Of a stretch of 64,000 nt of DNA, positions 34,686-44,083 are shown one piece after another. Location of the stretch: positions 1 through 64,000 of the forward strand of contig JBBRLI010000003.1 of assembly GCA_038231455.1 (NCBI GenBank). The letters run 5' to 3'. The notes under the pieces were generated by a model that worked only from the letters and a program-made list of their open reading frames with translations, did not search any database and had not been told where the DNA came from. A program made the position numbers and the translations under genes. Numbering within the stretch: the stretch's first letter is position 1; the number at the start of each line of letters is the position of its first letter. Source of the DNA: Vulcanimicrobiales bacterium (GTDB lineage: Bacteria > Vulcanimicrobiota > Vulcanimicrobiia > Vulcanimicrobiales > Vulcanimicrobiaceae).

Positions 34686-35635
34686 AAACTGAATCCGATG
34701 CTGATGGTCGGACGGAAGTCCGCATAGGTGGACGTCACGCCAAGTGGAAGCGGCGAACGTTTGATGTACGCACCTTTGAGGGCTTCGACAGAGATAATCG
34801 GCCCGGCTGTACCGAGCGGATGCGCGCGCACGCCGACGGTGAGTTCGACCAGATTGGAGTAGTAGAACGAGCGGGTATCCAGCGTTAGAACGCCGCGCGC
34901 GAACGGTTCGATCGGCCGCGCAAACGTGCCGATGTTGCGCGCCGTTTCAGCCTGGAGATAAGCGACCGTATCGGAGTAGCGGCTGTAGTAGGTGGTGCTT
35001 CCGTAGAAATTGCCGTAGTCGCGTTTACGCTGTGAGGTTGGGCCCCATTCGCGGTAGAGTTGCGCGCCAGCGCGCAGGTCACTGCCGGATGACTGGGCGG
35101 CGAGGGGACCGACGGTAAACGAACGGCCGCCTTGCGCGAAGAGCCGCAGGCCGCTGTGGTTCGTATATTGGAGACCGGCGCTCACAAGACCGTAGTTGTC
35201 GCTGAGCACGAGCGGCGTCGGCGGTTTGCCGTCGGTGCCGTTTCCGGGTGACGTGCGCGAATCTTTTACCAGCGCACCGTCGATGAATGGCCGGATGGTC
35301 GCGTTCGGACTGCCGAGCGGTTTATATGCATCGATCGAGACGATGAGATCGTTGTAACGCGTATCTTGCAACGCATAATTATACGAGTAGCCCGAACGAT
35401 CCGGGACGCGCGAGTGTGGCGATTCCGAGGCGACCGCTGCGGTTGGTGCGGGATCGGGCGATGCGGGAGCGTCCGTCGCGCTCGGACTAGGCGTTGCTTT
35501 CGGCGACGCCGTCGGCTCGACCGGAACGCTTGCGACGACGTCCCCCGTTTCGGTGTCGTCGGCGCGCGCGTAAAGAGACGGCGCAAATGCAAGACCCGCG
35601 ATGAAGACAAAGGCGATGATTTGGCGGAGCGTTAT
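34682..35635 (-). CDS. Putative outer-membrane beta-barrel (polysaccharide export porin-like)
   Basis: The frame stays open upstream of the tracked TTG and encodes a signal peptide (TLRQIIAFVFIAGLAFAPSLYARA) and a Pro/Thr linker. Tyr-rich beta strands, C-terminal TISIGFSL. Inferred start is ATA 35635. Confidence 0.6.
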   Translation of the reverse strand: MTLRQIIAFVFIAGLAFAPSLYARADDTETGDVVASVPVEPTASPKATPSPSATDAPASPDPAPTAAVASESPHSRVPDRSGYSYNYALQDTRYNDLIVSIDAYKPLGSPNATIRPFIDGALVKDSRTSPGNGTDGKPPTPLVLSDNYGLVSAGLQYTNHSGLRLFAQGGRSFTVGPLAAQSSGSDLRAGAQLYREWGPTSQRKRDYGNFYGSTTYYSRYSDTVAYLQAETARNIGTFARPIEPFARGVLTLDTRSFYYSNLVELTVGVRAHPLGTAGPIISVEALKGAYIKRSPLPLGVTSTYADFRPTISIGFSL

Positions 35636-37311
35636 GATGGCGGGTTCACCCGAAAGCGCTGGAGGATGTGCCGCGTTTGTTGGTAGTCGACCGCGACGAG
35701 ACGGTCGCCGCTGGCCGCAAGCGTACGCAGGTTACCCGCGAGCGGAAGACTGGCACCCGTGACGCCCGATTCGCTCGTTGCGATCAAGGCGTGTGCGATC
35801 CGGTCGAACGCGTAGAGCGTACCGTCGATGACGACCGGCCCTGCGAAGCGATTCTGGCGAACGGCATTCCGTTCGGCAAGGACGATTTGGCCGAGCGGCT
35901 CGGCGCGTTCGACATCGATGAGCGTGCCCTCGTCCGTCATGCCGATCGTCTTGCCGTGGTATGACGCCGTTCCGACGAGCCAGTTGAGGACGGGCGGCAA
36001 CGCGCGGCGCGAGACAACGGTTGCCGTCGCACCGGTGAGATGCACGTGGGTAAGATGGGGCGTCGCATGCGGCCACCAACCCGCTTGCTGCACGATCGTG
36101 ACGTCATCACCGCGAACGCTGATCGCGCTGATGAGCGCCGGATATCCGCGCCGATCCGACATGAGTTCATCGATTCGCCACGTACCGAGCACGCGGCCGT
36201 CGGCGTCCAGGTGGTAAAGTTCGGGTTGCACGGACGAGGCGAGATACATCGTCTCTCCGCTGATCGTAATCGGCCCGGGGTCGGCAAAACGGTCGTTTGC
36301 GATCTCGGGTAAAATCGTTCCCGTCGTCTGCAACGCATCGATCGATGCGAACCGGAAATTTGCGCCGACGCCGAGGCGGGGGATTGCGAGGAGATCGTTC
36401 GCGCGCTCGGCCGGAGCGGTGTCGCCCGGGATCGACACCACAAACGCGGCGCTATAGCCTTCCTTGCGCAGCGCATCGAACAGCCGCGACTTGAGATCAG
36501 GTGCGTTCGAGTGACCCGCCTCGAGCTTGGTGAGTGGATCGCCGCCGGCAAGCAATGCGCCATTTTGCCCGAACTCGCCGCTCGGATACGCGAAGAGCGA
36601 GATCGTTGTTTTCAGTTTGGGTTCAAACGTCTGGCGGAAGCGGCGCAGATCCATACGAATGCGCGTTTCGAATTCATCCCCGGTTTCGAGGCGGCGCTGA
36701 TCGGCGAGCCACATTTTGTTGGCGTACCAGTACGGATTTTTCGTGCCGCTCGCATCGACGATGATATTACTGTGGCCCATCCAGCCATGCGACTGAAGCG
36801 TCCACACATCGCCGGTTTGCATCTCTTGCAATTGTGCCGTCGTCAGTCGGCCGGGTTTCACATCCGTGAGGATGCCTTCAAAAAACATCGTCGCCGTCGC
36901 ATGATGTTTTTTCAAGACCGGTGTGCCCTCGGTATACGCGCTTGCATATCCGTCATCGAAGGTGAGGAGCAGGGGCTTTGCAGGCAACGCCGCGGCGTTC
37001 GTCCGATGCGATAAGTATGCCATTGCCGTCTCGAGTGAGATGACGTGATAGCCGTGGGCTTCGGCGTCCGCGAGCACCGCGTCAAATTCGGTCGGCGAAA
37101 TCCACGGCTTTTTAACCTGGTCTTCTCCACCGTTCGCACTGACGATCGGATCGCTCGAAATTTGATGGAACAGCAGTGTCGTGATGGCGATGTCCGGTAC
37201 CGGCACGATCGTCGGTGCGGCCGCCGCCACTTCAAACGGGAGCGCAGCAAGAAGAACGCCCGCAGCAAGCGAGCGCACGAGATGGAGGCTGCGGTCGAGT
37301 CTCACGATCAT
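35632..37311 (-). CDS. Secreted polysaccharide deacetylase (CE4, PgaB/IcaB-like) with C-terminal beta-rich domain
   Basis: LLFHQI, LLTFDDGY, QSHGWMGH, FAYPSG and IPRL motifs, plus a signal peptide. Confidence 0.85.
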   Translation of the reverse strand: MIVRLDRSLHLVRSLAAGVLLAALPFEVAAAAPTIVPVPDIAITTLLFHQISSDPIVSANGGEDQVKKPWISPTEFDAVLADAEAHGYHVISLETAMAYLSHRTNAAALPAKPLLLTFDDGYASAYTEGTPVLKKHHATATMFFEGILTDVKPGRLTTAQLQEMQTGDVWTLQSHGWMGHSNIIVDASGTKNPYWYANKMWLADQRRLETGDEFETRIRMDLRRFRQTFEPKLKTTISLFAYPSGEFGQNGALLAGGDPLTKLEAGHSNAPDLKSRLFDALRKEGYSAAFVVSIPGDTAPAERANDLLAIPRLGVGANFRFASIDALQTTGTILPEIANDRFADPGPITISGETMYLASSVQPELYHLDADGRVLGTWRIDELMSDRRGYPALISAISVRGDDVTIVQQAGWWPHATPHLTHVHLTGATATVVSRRALPPVLNWLVGTASYHGKTIGMTDEGTLIDVERAEPLGQIVLAERNAVRQNRFAGPVVIDGTLYAFDRIAHALIATSESGVTGASLPLAGNLRTLAASGDRLVAVDYQQTRHILQRFRVNPPS

Positions 37312-37375
37312 ACGAACGGTAACATTGGAAGGCTAGATGGCGCTTCCCGCACGCTTTGCAAAAACTAAACCTCGG

Positions 37376-38716
37376 CTATGCCGCGAGCGGACGTCGCTCC
37401 CAGTCTCCGCTTCGGAGACGCAGCGAGGTGATGAGTGCCCGCGTCCCCCACGCCGCGAACCACGAGATCGGGACTGCCCAAAGGCCCAAATGGGCGACCG
37501 CGATCAAAATGTAGAGCAGCGCAAACACGACGGCGCTCGCGCCGATCCCGACCCACATCGAAAACGTCGTATCGCCCGCGGCGCGGATCGGCGCAAGCAT
37601 CGTCATCCCGTAGCCTTTGAGCGGGAGCGAGATCATGTGGAGCGCGAGCGGTCCGGCGGCCATCGTTGCGAGGGCTCCGTTAAGTGTGAAAAGTGCCGCG
37701 ATCGGCCACGCTCCGGCGGCGACGACAAGTGCGACGCTCCCGCAGACGATGACCGAGAGGCGCGTCGCGCTGCGCCGGAATGCTTTGGCCCCGGCAAGGT
37801 CGCGCGCGCCAAGGCGCTGGCCGATGACGATCTGCGTTGCATCACCAAGGGACCCCGGGAGCGCCCAGGTCATGTCGGAGACGATCGTAAGTGCGCGAAA
37901 TGCGGCAATCGTTTCGGCGCCGTACGGTGCGAGCAGATAGATCGTGACCGCGTCCGGTGCGACGATCAGGGTCAGAAAAACAAACTCCGGAAAACTCAAT
38001 TTTGCGCTCGCGCGTACGAGCGACCAATCGATGCTCCAACTCGCGAAGAGCCGGTATTGCGGACGCCGCGCGGCTTGCCATAAACTGTATCCGAGTCCCG
38101 CGAACTCGGCGACGAGCGAGGAAATGCCCGCGCCGACGATGCCGAGCGGATGGTGCGAACCCAGGCCCAGCGCGAGTACCGCCAGGAGCGGCAAATGGAC
38201 GGCGTTGATCACCAGCAGCGCGCGAATCGACATACGCGCCTCGCCGACCGTTCCAAAGGCAACGATCACCATACCGGTGATCACCATCGGCACGAGTGAG
38301 AACGCGCGCAGCGTGAGGTAGGCCGCGGCGTCGCTGCTCGTCGCGAGTCCGCCGAGCATGAACGACATAAGCGCTTTTCCGAAAAAGAGCGCCGCCAGCG
38401 CCGCGACGAGCGCAATCGAGAGTGGCACGACCACGCCCGCGCGCACGATGCGTCCGAAGCGATCGGGATCGCCTGCGCCGATTGCCTGCGCGCCCAAAAT
38501 GCGCACGCCGCTGCCAAAGGCGAAAAGCCCGATGCCAAGGGTGATGAAGACGCTCGTCGAGGCGCTGATCGCCGCAAGCGCTCCCGCGCCAAACGTGCCG
38601 ATCACGATCGTATCGGCGATGCCGAGAAGCTGATCCGCGCCGATGGCGAGACCGTCGGGCACGGCAAGTCGCCGCAACGCCGCCGCGACGTTGCGGTGAT
38701 CGACGATCATTGACAT
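37376..38716 (-). CDS. MATE family efflux transporter
   Basis: 12-TM pattern with DTIVIG, GAQAIGAGD, IGQRLGARD and IRAAGDT. Confidence 0.88.
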   Translation of the reverse strand: MSMIVDHRNVAAALRRLAVPDGLAIGADQLLGIADTIVIGTFGAGALAAISASTSVFITLGIGLFAFGSGVRILGAQAIGAGDPDRFGRIVRAGVVVPLSIALVAALAALFFGKALMSFMLGGLATSSDAAAYLTLRAFSLVPMVITGMVIVAFGTVGEARMSIRALLVINAVHLPLLAVLALGLGSHHPLGIVGAGISSLVAEFAGLGYSLWQAARRPQYRLFASWSIDWSLVRASAKLSFPEFVFLTLIVAPDAVTIYLLAPYGAETIAAFRALTIVSDMTWALPGSLGDATQIVIGQRLGARDLAGAKAFRRSATRLSVIVCGSVALVVAAGAWPIAALFTLNGALATMAAGPLALHMISLPLKGYGMTMLAPIRAAGDTTFSMWVGIGASAVVFALLYILIAVAHLGLWAVPISWFAAWGTRALITSLRLRSGDWERRPLAA

Positions 38717-38718
38717 CG

Positions 38719-39870
38719 CTAGCGCATCAGCTCGTCGAGCGCGCGGAAGAGCGCGTAAATTTCATCGGCGGTCGAATAAAAATGCGGTCCGACGCGAATA
38801 CCGCAGCCCGGCCGGTAATCGACGAAGATACGCCGCTCGATCAGCGCGTGCGTAATACGGGCGCCATCAGAAACGTCGAGGCCGACCCAACCGGAACGTT
38901 TACTCGGATCGCGCGGCGTCGGCGTGCGAATATCACGCGCGTCGGCTTCGGCGAGGAGCAGCGTCGTGAGCGCAATGTTATGCGCGCGAATCGCCGGTAG
39001 TCCGACCGATGCGATCAGCTCGTGTCCCGGCGCTGCAACCAGATACGCGAGCATCGATGGTGTTCCGTTCGTGTAGCGCATCATCGAGTCGGCGTATCGC
39101 ATCGGCGCGGGTTCGAATGCGAATGGCGCCGCGTGGGCCATCCAGCCCGTCGCCGTCGGCGCGAACTGCAGACGACGGTCGGCGCGGACATAGAGAAACC
39201 CGCAACCCGGTCCGCCGCAGAGCCACTTGTGACTCCCGCCGACGGCAAAATCCACATCGAGTGCGACGAGATCGATGGGAATTGCGCCGGCGGTCTGATA
39301 CACGTCGAGCATGACGAGTGCACCGACTTCGCGTGCGCGCTTGACGATGGCGGCCACATCGACGAGCGCACCCGAGACGTAATACGCGTGCGAAAGCACG
39401 ACGAGAGCCGTGCGCTCGGTGATTGCCGCAGCGATGCGTTCGGTTGGGATTGTCATGCCGTCATCGGAGGGCACACACCGGACACGCGCGCCGTGCCGTT
39501 GCCACGCATCCCACACATACGCGAGGGTTGGAAACTGCAAGGCTTCGTAGACGACTTCATTGCGCTCGCCGGAAAAATCCATCGCCGATGCGATCGTCTC
39601 TTGAAATGCTGAGACGTTGGGCCCGAGCGCCATCGTATCGCTCGGCGCACCGAGCAACGATCCAATGCCCGCAGCGATCGTCTCGATCTGCGGCAGCCAA
39701 CGTTCCCACGCTTCGGGACCGTCGTACGACCAATCACTCCAGTACGCCACGAGCGCATCGCGCGCCGCGAGCGGAGCGGCACCCATCGAATGCGAGATCA
39801 GATACGTTGAGCCATCGAGATTGGCAAAGCGGTCGCGCAGAACGGGGGCGGATGGCTCGGTACGGATCAT
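38719..39870 (-). CDS. kynU: Kynureninase (aminotransferase class V)
   Basis: YLISHSMGA, LDVYQTAGA, GGSHKWLCGGPG and GWMAHAAPF motifs. Coupled to kynA. Confidence 0.82.
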   Translation of the reverse strand: MIRTEPSAPVLRDRFANLDGSTYLISHSMGAAPLAARDALVAYWSDWSYDGPEAWERWLPQIETIAAGIGSLLGAPSDTMALGPNVSAFQETIASAMDFSGERNEVVYEALQFPTLAYVWDAWQRHGARVRCVPSDDGMTIPTERIAAAITERTALVVLSHAYYVSGALVDVAAIVKRAREVGALVMLDVYQTAGAIPIDLVALDVDFAVGGSHKWLCGGPGCGFLYVRADRRLQFAPTATGWMAHAAPFAFEPAPMRYADSMMRYTNGTPSMLAYLVAAPGHELIASVGLPAIRAHNIALTTLLLAEADARDIRTPTPRDPSKRSGWVGLDVSDGARITHALIERRIFVDYRPGCGIRVGPHFYSTADEIYALFRALDELMR

Positions 39871-40646
39871 ACGTGCGGTATTCGCCCGAGGACGGTCCGA
39901 ACTTCCCAGAGTTCGGGAAAGAATTTCTTATCGAGAGTGGTGTGCAGGTAGCGCGCTCCAAGGGAACCGCCCGTTCCGGGCTTGTCGCCGATCATGCGCT
40001 CGACCATGCGAACGTGCCGTCCGCGCCAAAGCAAGAATCGTTCGTCGAATTCAATGAACGATTCGAGCAAGAGATAGAGATCGTAGTGTTGCGGAGCGTG
40101 CTCGTAAATAATGCGATAGCTCTCGATGAGCGCGTCGTGTTCGGCGCTTGGAAAACCGCGCCGCGCGAGCACCGCTTTTAGTGCGTCGTAAAGTGTCGGT
40201 TGAACGAGGCGTGCCTCGAGTCGCACGCGCTCGTCGCTCGTCGGTTCGAGGAATTTGAGATAGCCCGTTTTTTGTGCACCGCAGAGAAATTCGATCTCAC
40301 GGAATTGCGCGGATTGGAAGCCGCTGGCGGGATTGAGCAACTCGCGAAAAGCGTTGAACTCTTGCGGCGTCATCGTCTCGAGCACATCGACCTGCGTCTC
40401 GAGGATGCGCTGAATCGTGTGAATCCGCTTGAAGTGTTTGCCCGCGACGAGCAGCTCGTCTGCATCGAGGGCGCGCATCGCCGCTTCGATTTCGTGCAGC
40501 GTTTGCCGGAACCACAGTTCGTAGACCTGATGGATGATGATAAAGAGCAACTCGTCGTGATGTGGCGGATTGCTCTGTGTGACTTGCAGCGATAGCAGCT
40601 CGTCGATTTTCAGGTAGGACCCGTAGGTTAGGCGTAAATCATCCAC
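39867..40646 (-). CDS. kynA: Tryptophan 2,3-dioxygenase
   Basis: YGSYLKIDELL, HDELLFIIIHQVYELWF, SGFQSAQFR and ERMIGDKPGTGGS motifs. Confidence 0.95.
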   Translation of the reverse strand: MDDLRLTYGSYLKIDELLSLQVTQSNPPHHDELLFIIIHQVYELWFRQTLHEIEAAMRALDADELLVAGKHFKRIHTIQRILETQVDVLETMTPQEFNAFRELLNPASGFQSAQFREIEFLCGAQKTGYLKFLEPTSDERVRLEARLVQPTLYDALKAVLARRGFPSAEHDALIESYRIIYEHAPQHYDLYLLLESFIEFDERFLLWRGRHVRMVERMIGDKPGTGGSLGARYLHTTLDKKFFPELWEVRTVLGRIPHV

Positions 40647-40726
40647 ACGCCGAGGTACGCCGCTGGCGCACGCGATCTCTTGAAATCGCGTGAAACCTCG
40701 TTCCGCAATAACGGCGCGGGTGCGGG

Positions 40727-40957
40727 TTAGCCCTTGGCGGAGAGCGCTTCGAGGGCCGCGAGCCGGAGGCTGAGGCGGTCGGCGTCGAGGGACTCTTTGC
40801 GTTCGGCAAGTCCTTCGCGGATCTCGAGGGCTTCGATGCGTTCTTCGAGCTGGGTGATTACCAGACGCAGAACCGCAACTTCCCCAGGGGTATCATCGAG
40901 CGGAATGCTCGGAATTTGGCGGGCCATAGCGTGCATGGGAACCTGTGGAATCGGCAT
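40727..40957 (-). CDS. Small hypothetical coiled-coil protein
   Basis: 76-aa ORF with heptad-like LRLVITQLEERIEALE, filling an intergenic gap. Confidence 0.45.
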   Translation of the reverse strand: MPIPQVPMHAMARQIPSIPLDDTPGEVAVLRLVITQLEERIEALEIREGLAERKESLDADRLSLRLAALEALSAKG

Positions 40958-41105
40958 TTCGGGCCGCTCAGGCGGCTGCCGGTTCGTCTTTCTTCTGTTA
41001 TACTACCCGCTTTATGACCAACGTGTCGGTGACCTAAGGCGTTCCCAAGCGGTTTTGGGCGCAGGGTAGGGCCAAACTTCGGTAAAGATGGCTTCGCGCC
41101 GGCCC

Positions 41106-41195
41106 GGAGAGATGGCAGAGCGGTTTAATGCAGCAGTCTTGAAAACTGCAGAGCCTTCACGGGCTCCGAGGGTTCGAATCCCTCTCTCTCCTCCA
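41106..41195 (+). tRNA. tRNA-Ser (anticodon TGA)
   Basis: Acceptor GGAGAGA/TCTCTCC, anticodon arm GCAGT-CTTGAAA-ACTGC, long variable arm, T arm GAGGG-TTCGAAT-CCCTC, encoded CCA. Confidence 0.97.
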
Positions 41196-41218
41196 TATTC
41201 GCCTCGATTGGAAGCCGC

Positions 41219-41602
41219 TTGGCTGACCGCTACACGTCCGATCAACGCTATCTGCTGGACCACATCCAGTTAGCAATGCCCTCGGGCGAGGAGGATCGCG
41301 CTCGGGCGTTCTTTGTCCAGGCGCTCGGATTCGAAGAGATCCCGAAGCCCGATGAACTTGCAAAACGCGGCGGCGCCTGGTTTCGAAGCGGCGCCGTCAG
41401 CATCCACTACGGTGTTGATCCCGCTTTCGTCCCGGCGAAGAAGGCGCATCCGGCGCTGCGCTGCGTAAACTACGAGGTTCTCACGGTGCATCTCCGGGGG
41501 CTTGGCGTGCGAATCACGCCCGATTCAATGCCGCTCGATGGTAAGGCGCATTGCTACATTGAGGATCCCTTCGGGAATCGCATCGAACTGATCGCAATTT
41601 AG
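41219..41602 (+). CDS. VOC/glyoxalase family protein
   Basis: LDHIQLAMP, GGAWF, KKAHPAL and DPFGNRIELI motifs. Confidence 0.88.
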   Translation: MADRYTSDQRYLLDHIQLAMPSGEEDRARAFFVQALGFEEIPKPDELAKRGGAWFRSGAVSIHYGVDPAFVPAKKAHPALRCVNYEVLTVHLRGLGVRITPDSMPLDGKAHCYIEDPFGNRIELIAI

Positions 41603-41644
41603 CCGACCAGGGATGAGCGATTCTGAGGAGCTACTGAGTCGCGT

Positions 41645-44083
41645 ATGATTCGGCGCCTCGTCTTCGTCTTGGTTTTCTTTGCTTTTGCAACTCCCGCTAC
41701 GCGCTTAGTCGCGCAAACCGCGTTGCCCACGATCGCGGAAAAGACGGCGGGCCTCGAGCACAAAGACGGGTTCATCCCCGAATACTGGGATGTGCGGACT
41801 GGGAAACTCTGGCTTGAGATTCCGCAGTTCGATGCGGATCTGATCTACGCGGTCTCGCTGCCGACGGGTATTGGCAGCAACGACATCGGCCTCGATCGCG
41901 GACAGCGCGGCGAGACGCGGATCGTGCGGTTCGAGCGTGTCGGACCAAAAGTGTTGCTCGTCCAGCCCAACCTCGATTTTCGCGCGAACAGCAGCAATCC
42001 CGATGAAGTGAAAGCCGTCGCTGAATCGTTCGCGCAGTCGGTGCTCTACGGATTTACGGTGAGCGCCGAGAGCGGCGGCCACGTGCTCGTCGATGCGACC
42101 GATTTTGCGCTGCGCGACGCACATGGCGTGATTGCGTCGCTCAAACAAACGCAACAGGGCGATTTTCGTCTCGATCAGACACGCAGCGCGCTGTATCTGC
42201 CGAACCTCAAGGCGTTCCCACGCAATAGCGAGATTGAAGCGACGCTAACGTTTGCAAGTGAGAATCCCGGCCGCTACGTGCGCGATGTAGCGCCGACGGC
42301 AACTGCCGTGACCGTGCGCGAACGCCAGTCGTTCATTCAAGCACCCGAACCGGGTTTTGTGCCCCGTCAGAACGACCCGCGTTCCGGATTCTTCGGCATT
42401 TCGTACGTCGATGAAGCCGTGCCGCTGGGCGCACCGATTCAGCAGCGTTTCATCGCCCGTCATCGTCTGGAGAAAAAAGACCCGAGCGCAGCGATCTCCG
42501 ATCCGGTCAACCCGATCGTGTATTATGTCGATCGCGGAGCACCGGAGAATATTCGCACGGCGCTCATCGCCGGCGCAAGTTGGTGGAACGCAGCGTTCGA
42601 GTCGGCAGGCTACCGCAACGCGTTTCGCGTCGAGTTGATGCCGGTCGGCGCCGATCCCGAAGACGTTCGCTATAATACGATTCAATGGGTCCATCGCATC
42701 ACCCGCGGTTATAGCTACGGGGCGTCGGTCATCGATCCGCGTACGGGCGAAATCATCAAAGGCAACGTGACGCTCGGCTCGCTGCGCGGCCGCCAAGATT
42801 ATCTGATCGGTGAGGGCATGCTCGCACCGTATCAGCGGGGCACAGAACACGCAGATGAGGTCGAGCGATTCGTGCTCGCGCGCATTCGCCAACTGGCCGC
42901 GCACGAAGTCGGCCATACGCTCGGTTTAGTGCACAACTATATTTCAAGCGCCCAGGGACGTTCGTCGGTCATGGACTATCCGCAGCCGGCGATTACGCTG
43001 ACCGTGAACGGTGTGCTCGATCTGCACGCGCCGTATCCCGAGGGGATCGGCGCGTGGGATAAAGTCGCGATCACCTATGGGTACGCCACATTTCCTACGG
43101 GCACCGGCGAGCGCAGCGGACTGAACCGCGTGCTGAGCGATGCGCGCGCGCGCGGCCTCTATCTGCTCACGGACCAAGACGCGCGTCCGCCCGGTAGCGC
43201 GCACCCGCAGACCCATCTGTGGGACAACGGCACCGATGCGACGCGCGAGCTTGCTCGCGTGATGACGGTGCGACGAGCCGCGCTCGACCGTTTCGGCGAG
43301 CACGCGATTCCGCTTGGCATGCCGATGGCGACGATTGAAGACGTGCTCGTCCCCGTGTATCTTTATCATCGCTATCAAGTTGAGGCGGCAACCAAAGTCG
43401 TGGGTGGTCAGTGGTACAACTACGCGATGCGCGGCGATGGCGTCGAGCCGCTTCGCCCGGTTGCCGCTGCGGATCAGCGCCGCGCGCTTGCGGGCATCCT
43501 CGCTACGATCGCCCCGCGCGAACTCACCTTACCGCGCTCGGTGATCGCGAGCATTCCGCCGCGACCCTTGGGCTACGATTCGCATCGCGAGTTGTTTGCC
43601 CGATCGACGGGCTTGGTATTCGATACGGTCTCGCCGGCCGCTGCTGCGGCGGATCTGACATTCGCGCTCCTCTTCAATCCCCAGCGCGCAGCGCGCCTCC
43701 TCGAACAGCATGCGCTCGATGCGCGACTGCCCGACCTTGCCGAAATTCTCGACGCAAGCGAACGCGCCGTTTTCGCCGCGCGCATTTCATCGCCGTATGA
43801 GGCGGAGATCGGGCGCGCGGTCGAGCGCGCGATGACCGAACGCCTGATGGAACTCGCCCGAACCGCTCCCCTCTCGCAGGTGCGAGCGGTAGCGAATCGC
43901 GAGCTCGAAACGCTTCGCGCGCGCCTTGCGGCGCGACGTTCGCGCGATGCTGCAACGCGCGCAAGCGATACGTTGTTGGTCGGTGACATTGGCCGTTTCT
44001 TCGCCCGACCGTGGCAGCAAAAGGACATCATCCCGGTGCCCGAGCCTCCGCCCGGCGCACCAATTGGAGAGGACGAGGAGTGA
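41645..44083 (+). CDS. Secreted Met-zincin metalloprotease (DUF5117/DUF4953-like)
   Basis: Signal peptide, DPRTGEII, HEVGHTLGLVH zinc motif and SSVMDY Met-turn. Confidence 0.9.
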   Translation: MIRRLVFVLVFFAFATPATRLVAQTALPTIAEKTAGLEHKDGFIPEYWDVRTGKLWLEIPQFDADLIYAVSLPTGIGSNDIGLDRGQRGETRIVRFERVGPKVLLVQPNLDFRANSSNPDEVKAVAESFAQSVLYGFTVSAESGGHVLVDATDFALRDAHGVIASLKQTQQGDFRLDQTRSALYLPNLKAFPRNSEIEATLTFASENPGRYVRDVAPTATAVTVRERQSFIQAPEPGFVPRQNDPRSGFFGISYVDEAVPLGAPIQQRFIARHRLEKKDPSAAISDPVNPIVYYVDRGAPENIRTALIAGASWWNAAFESAGYRNAFRVELMPVGADPEDVRYNTIQWVHRITRGYSYGASVIDPRTGEIIKGNVTLGSLRGRQDYLIGEGMLAPYQRGTEHADEVERFVLARIRQLAAHEVGHTLGLVHNYISSAQGRSSVMDYPQPAITLTVNGVLDLHAPYPEGIGAWDKVAITYGYATFPTGTGERSGLNRVLSDARARGLYLLTDQDARPPGSAHPQTHLWDNGTDATRELARVMTVRRAALDRFGEHAIPLGMPMATIEDVLVPVYLYHRYQVEAATKVVGGQWYNYAMRGDGVEPLRPVAAADQRRALAGILATIAPRELTLPRSVIASIPPRPLGYDSHRELFARSTGLVFDTVSPAAAAADLTFALLFNPQRAARLLEQHALDARLPDLAEILDASERAVFAARISSPYEAEIGRAVERAMTERLMELARTAPLSQVRAVANRELETLRARLAARRSRDAATRASDTLLVGDIGRFFARPWQQKDIIPVPEPPPGAPIGEDEE

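Noticed and set aside
41106-41650. tRNA-Ser as a prophage or island integration site
   Set aside because: No integrase seen and no duplicate of the tRNA 3' end noticed in the window.
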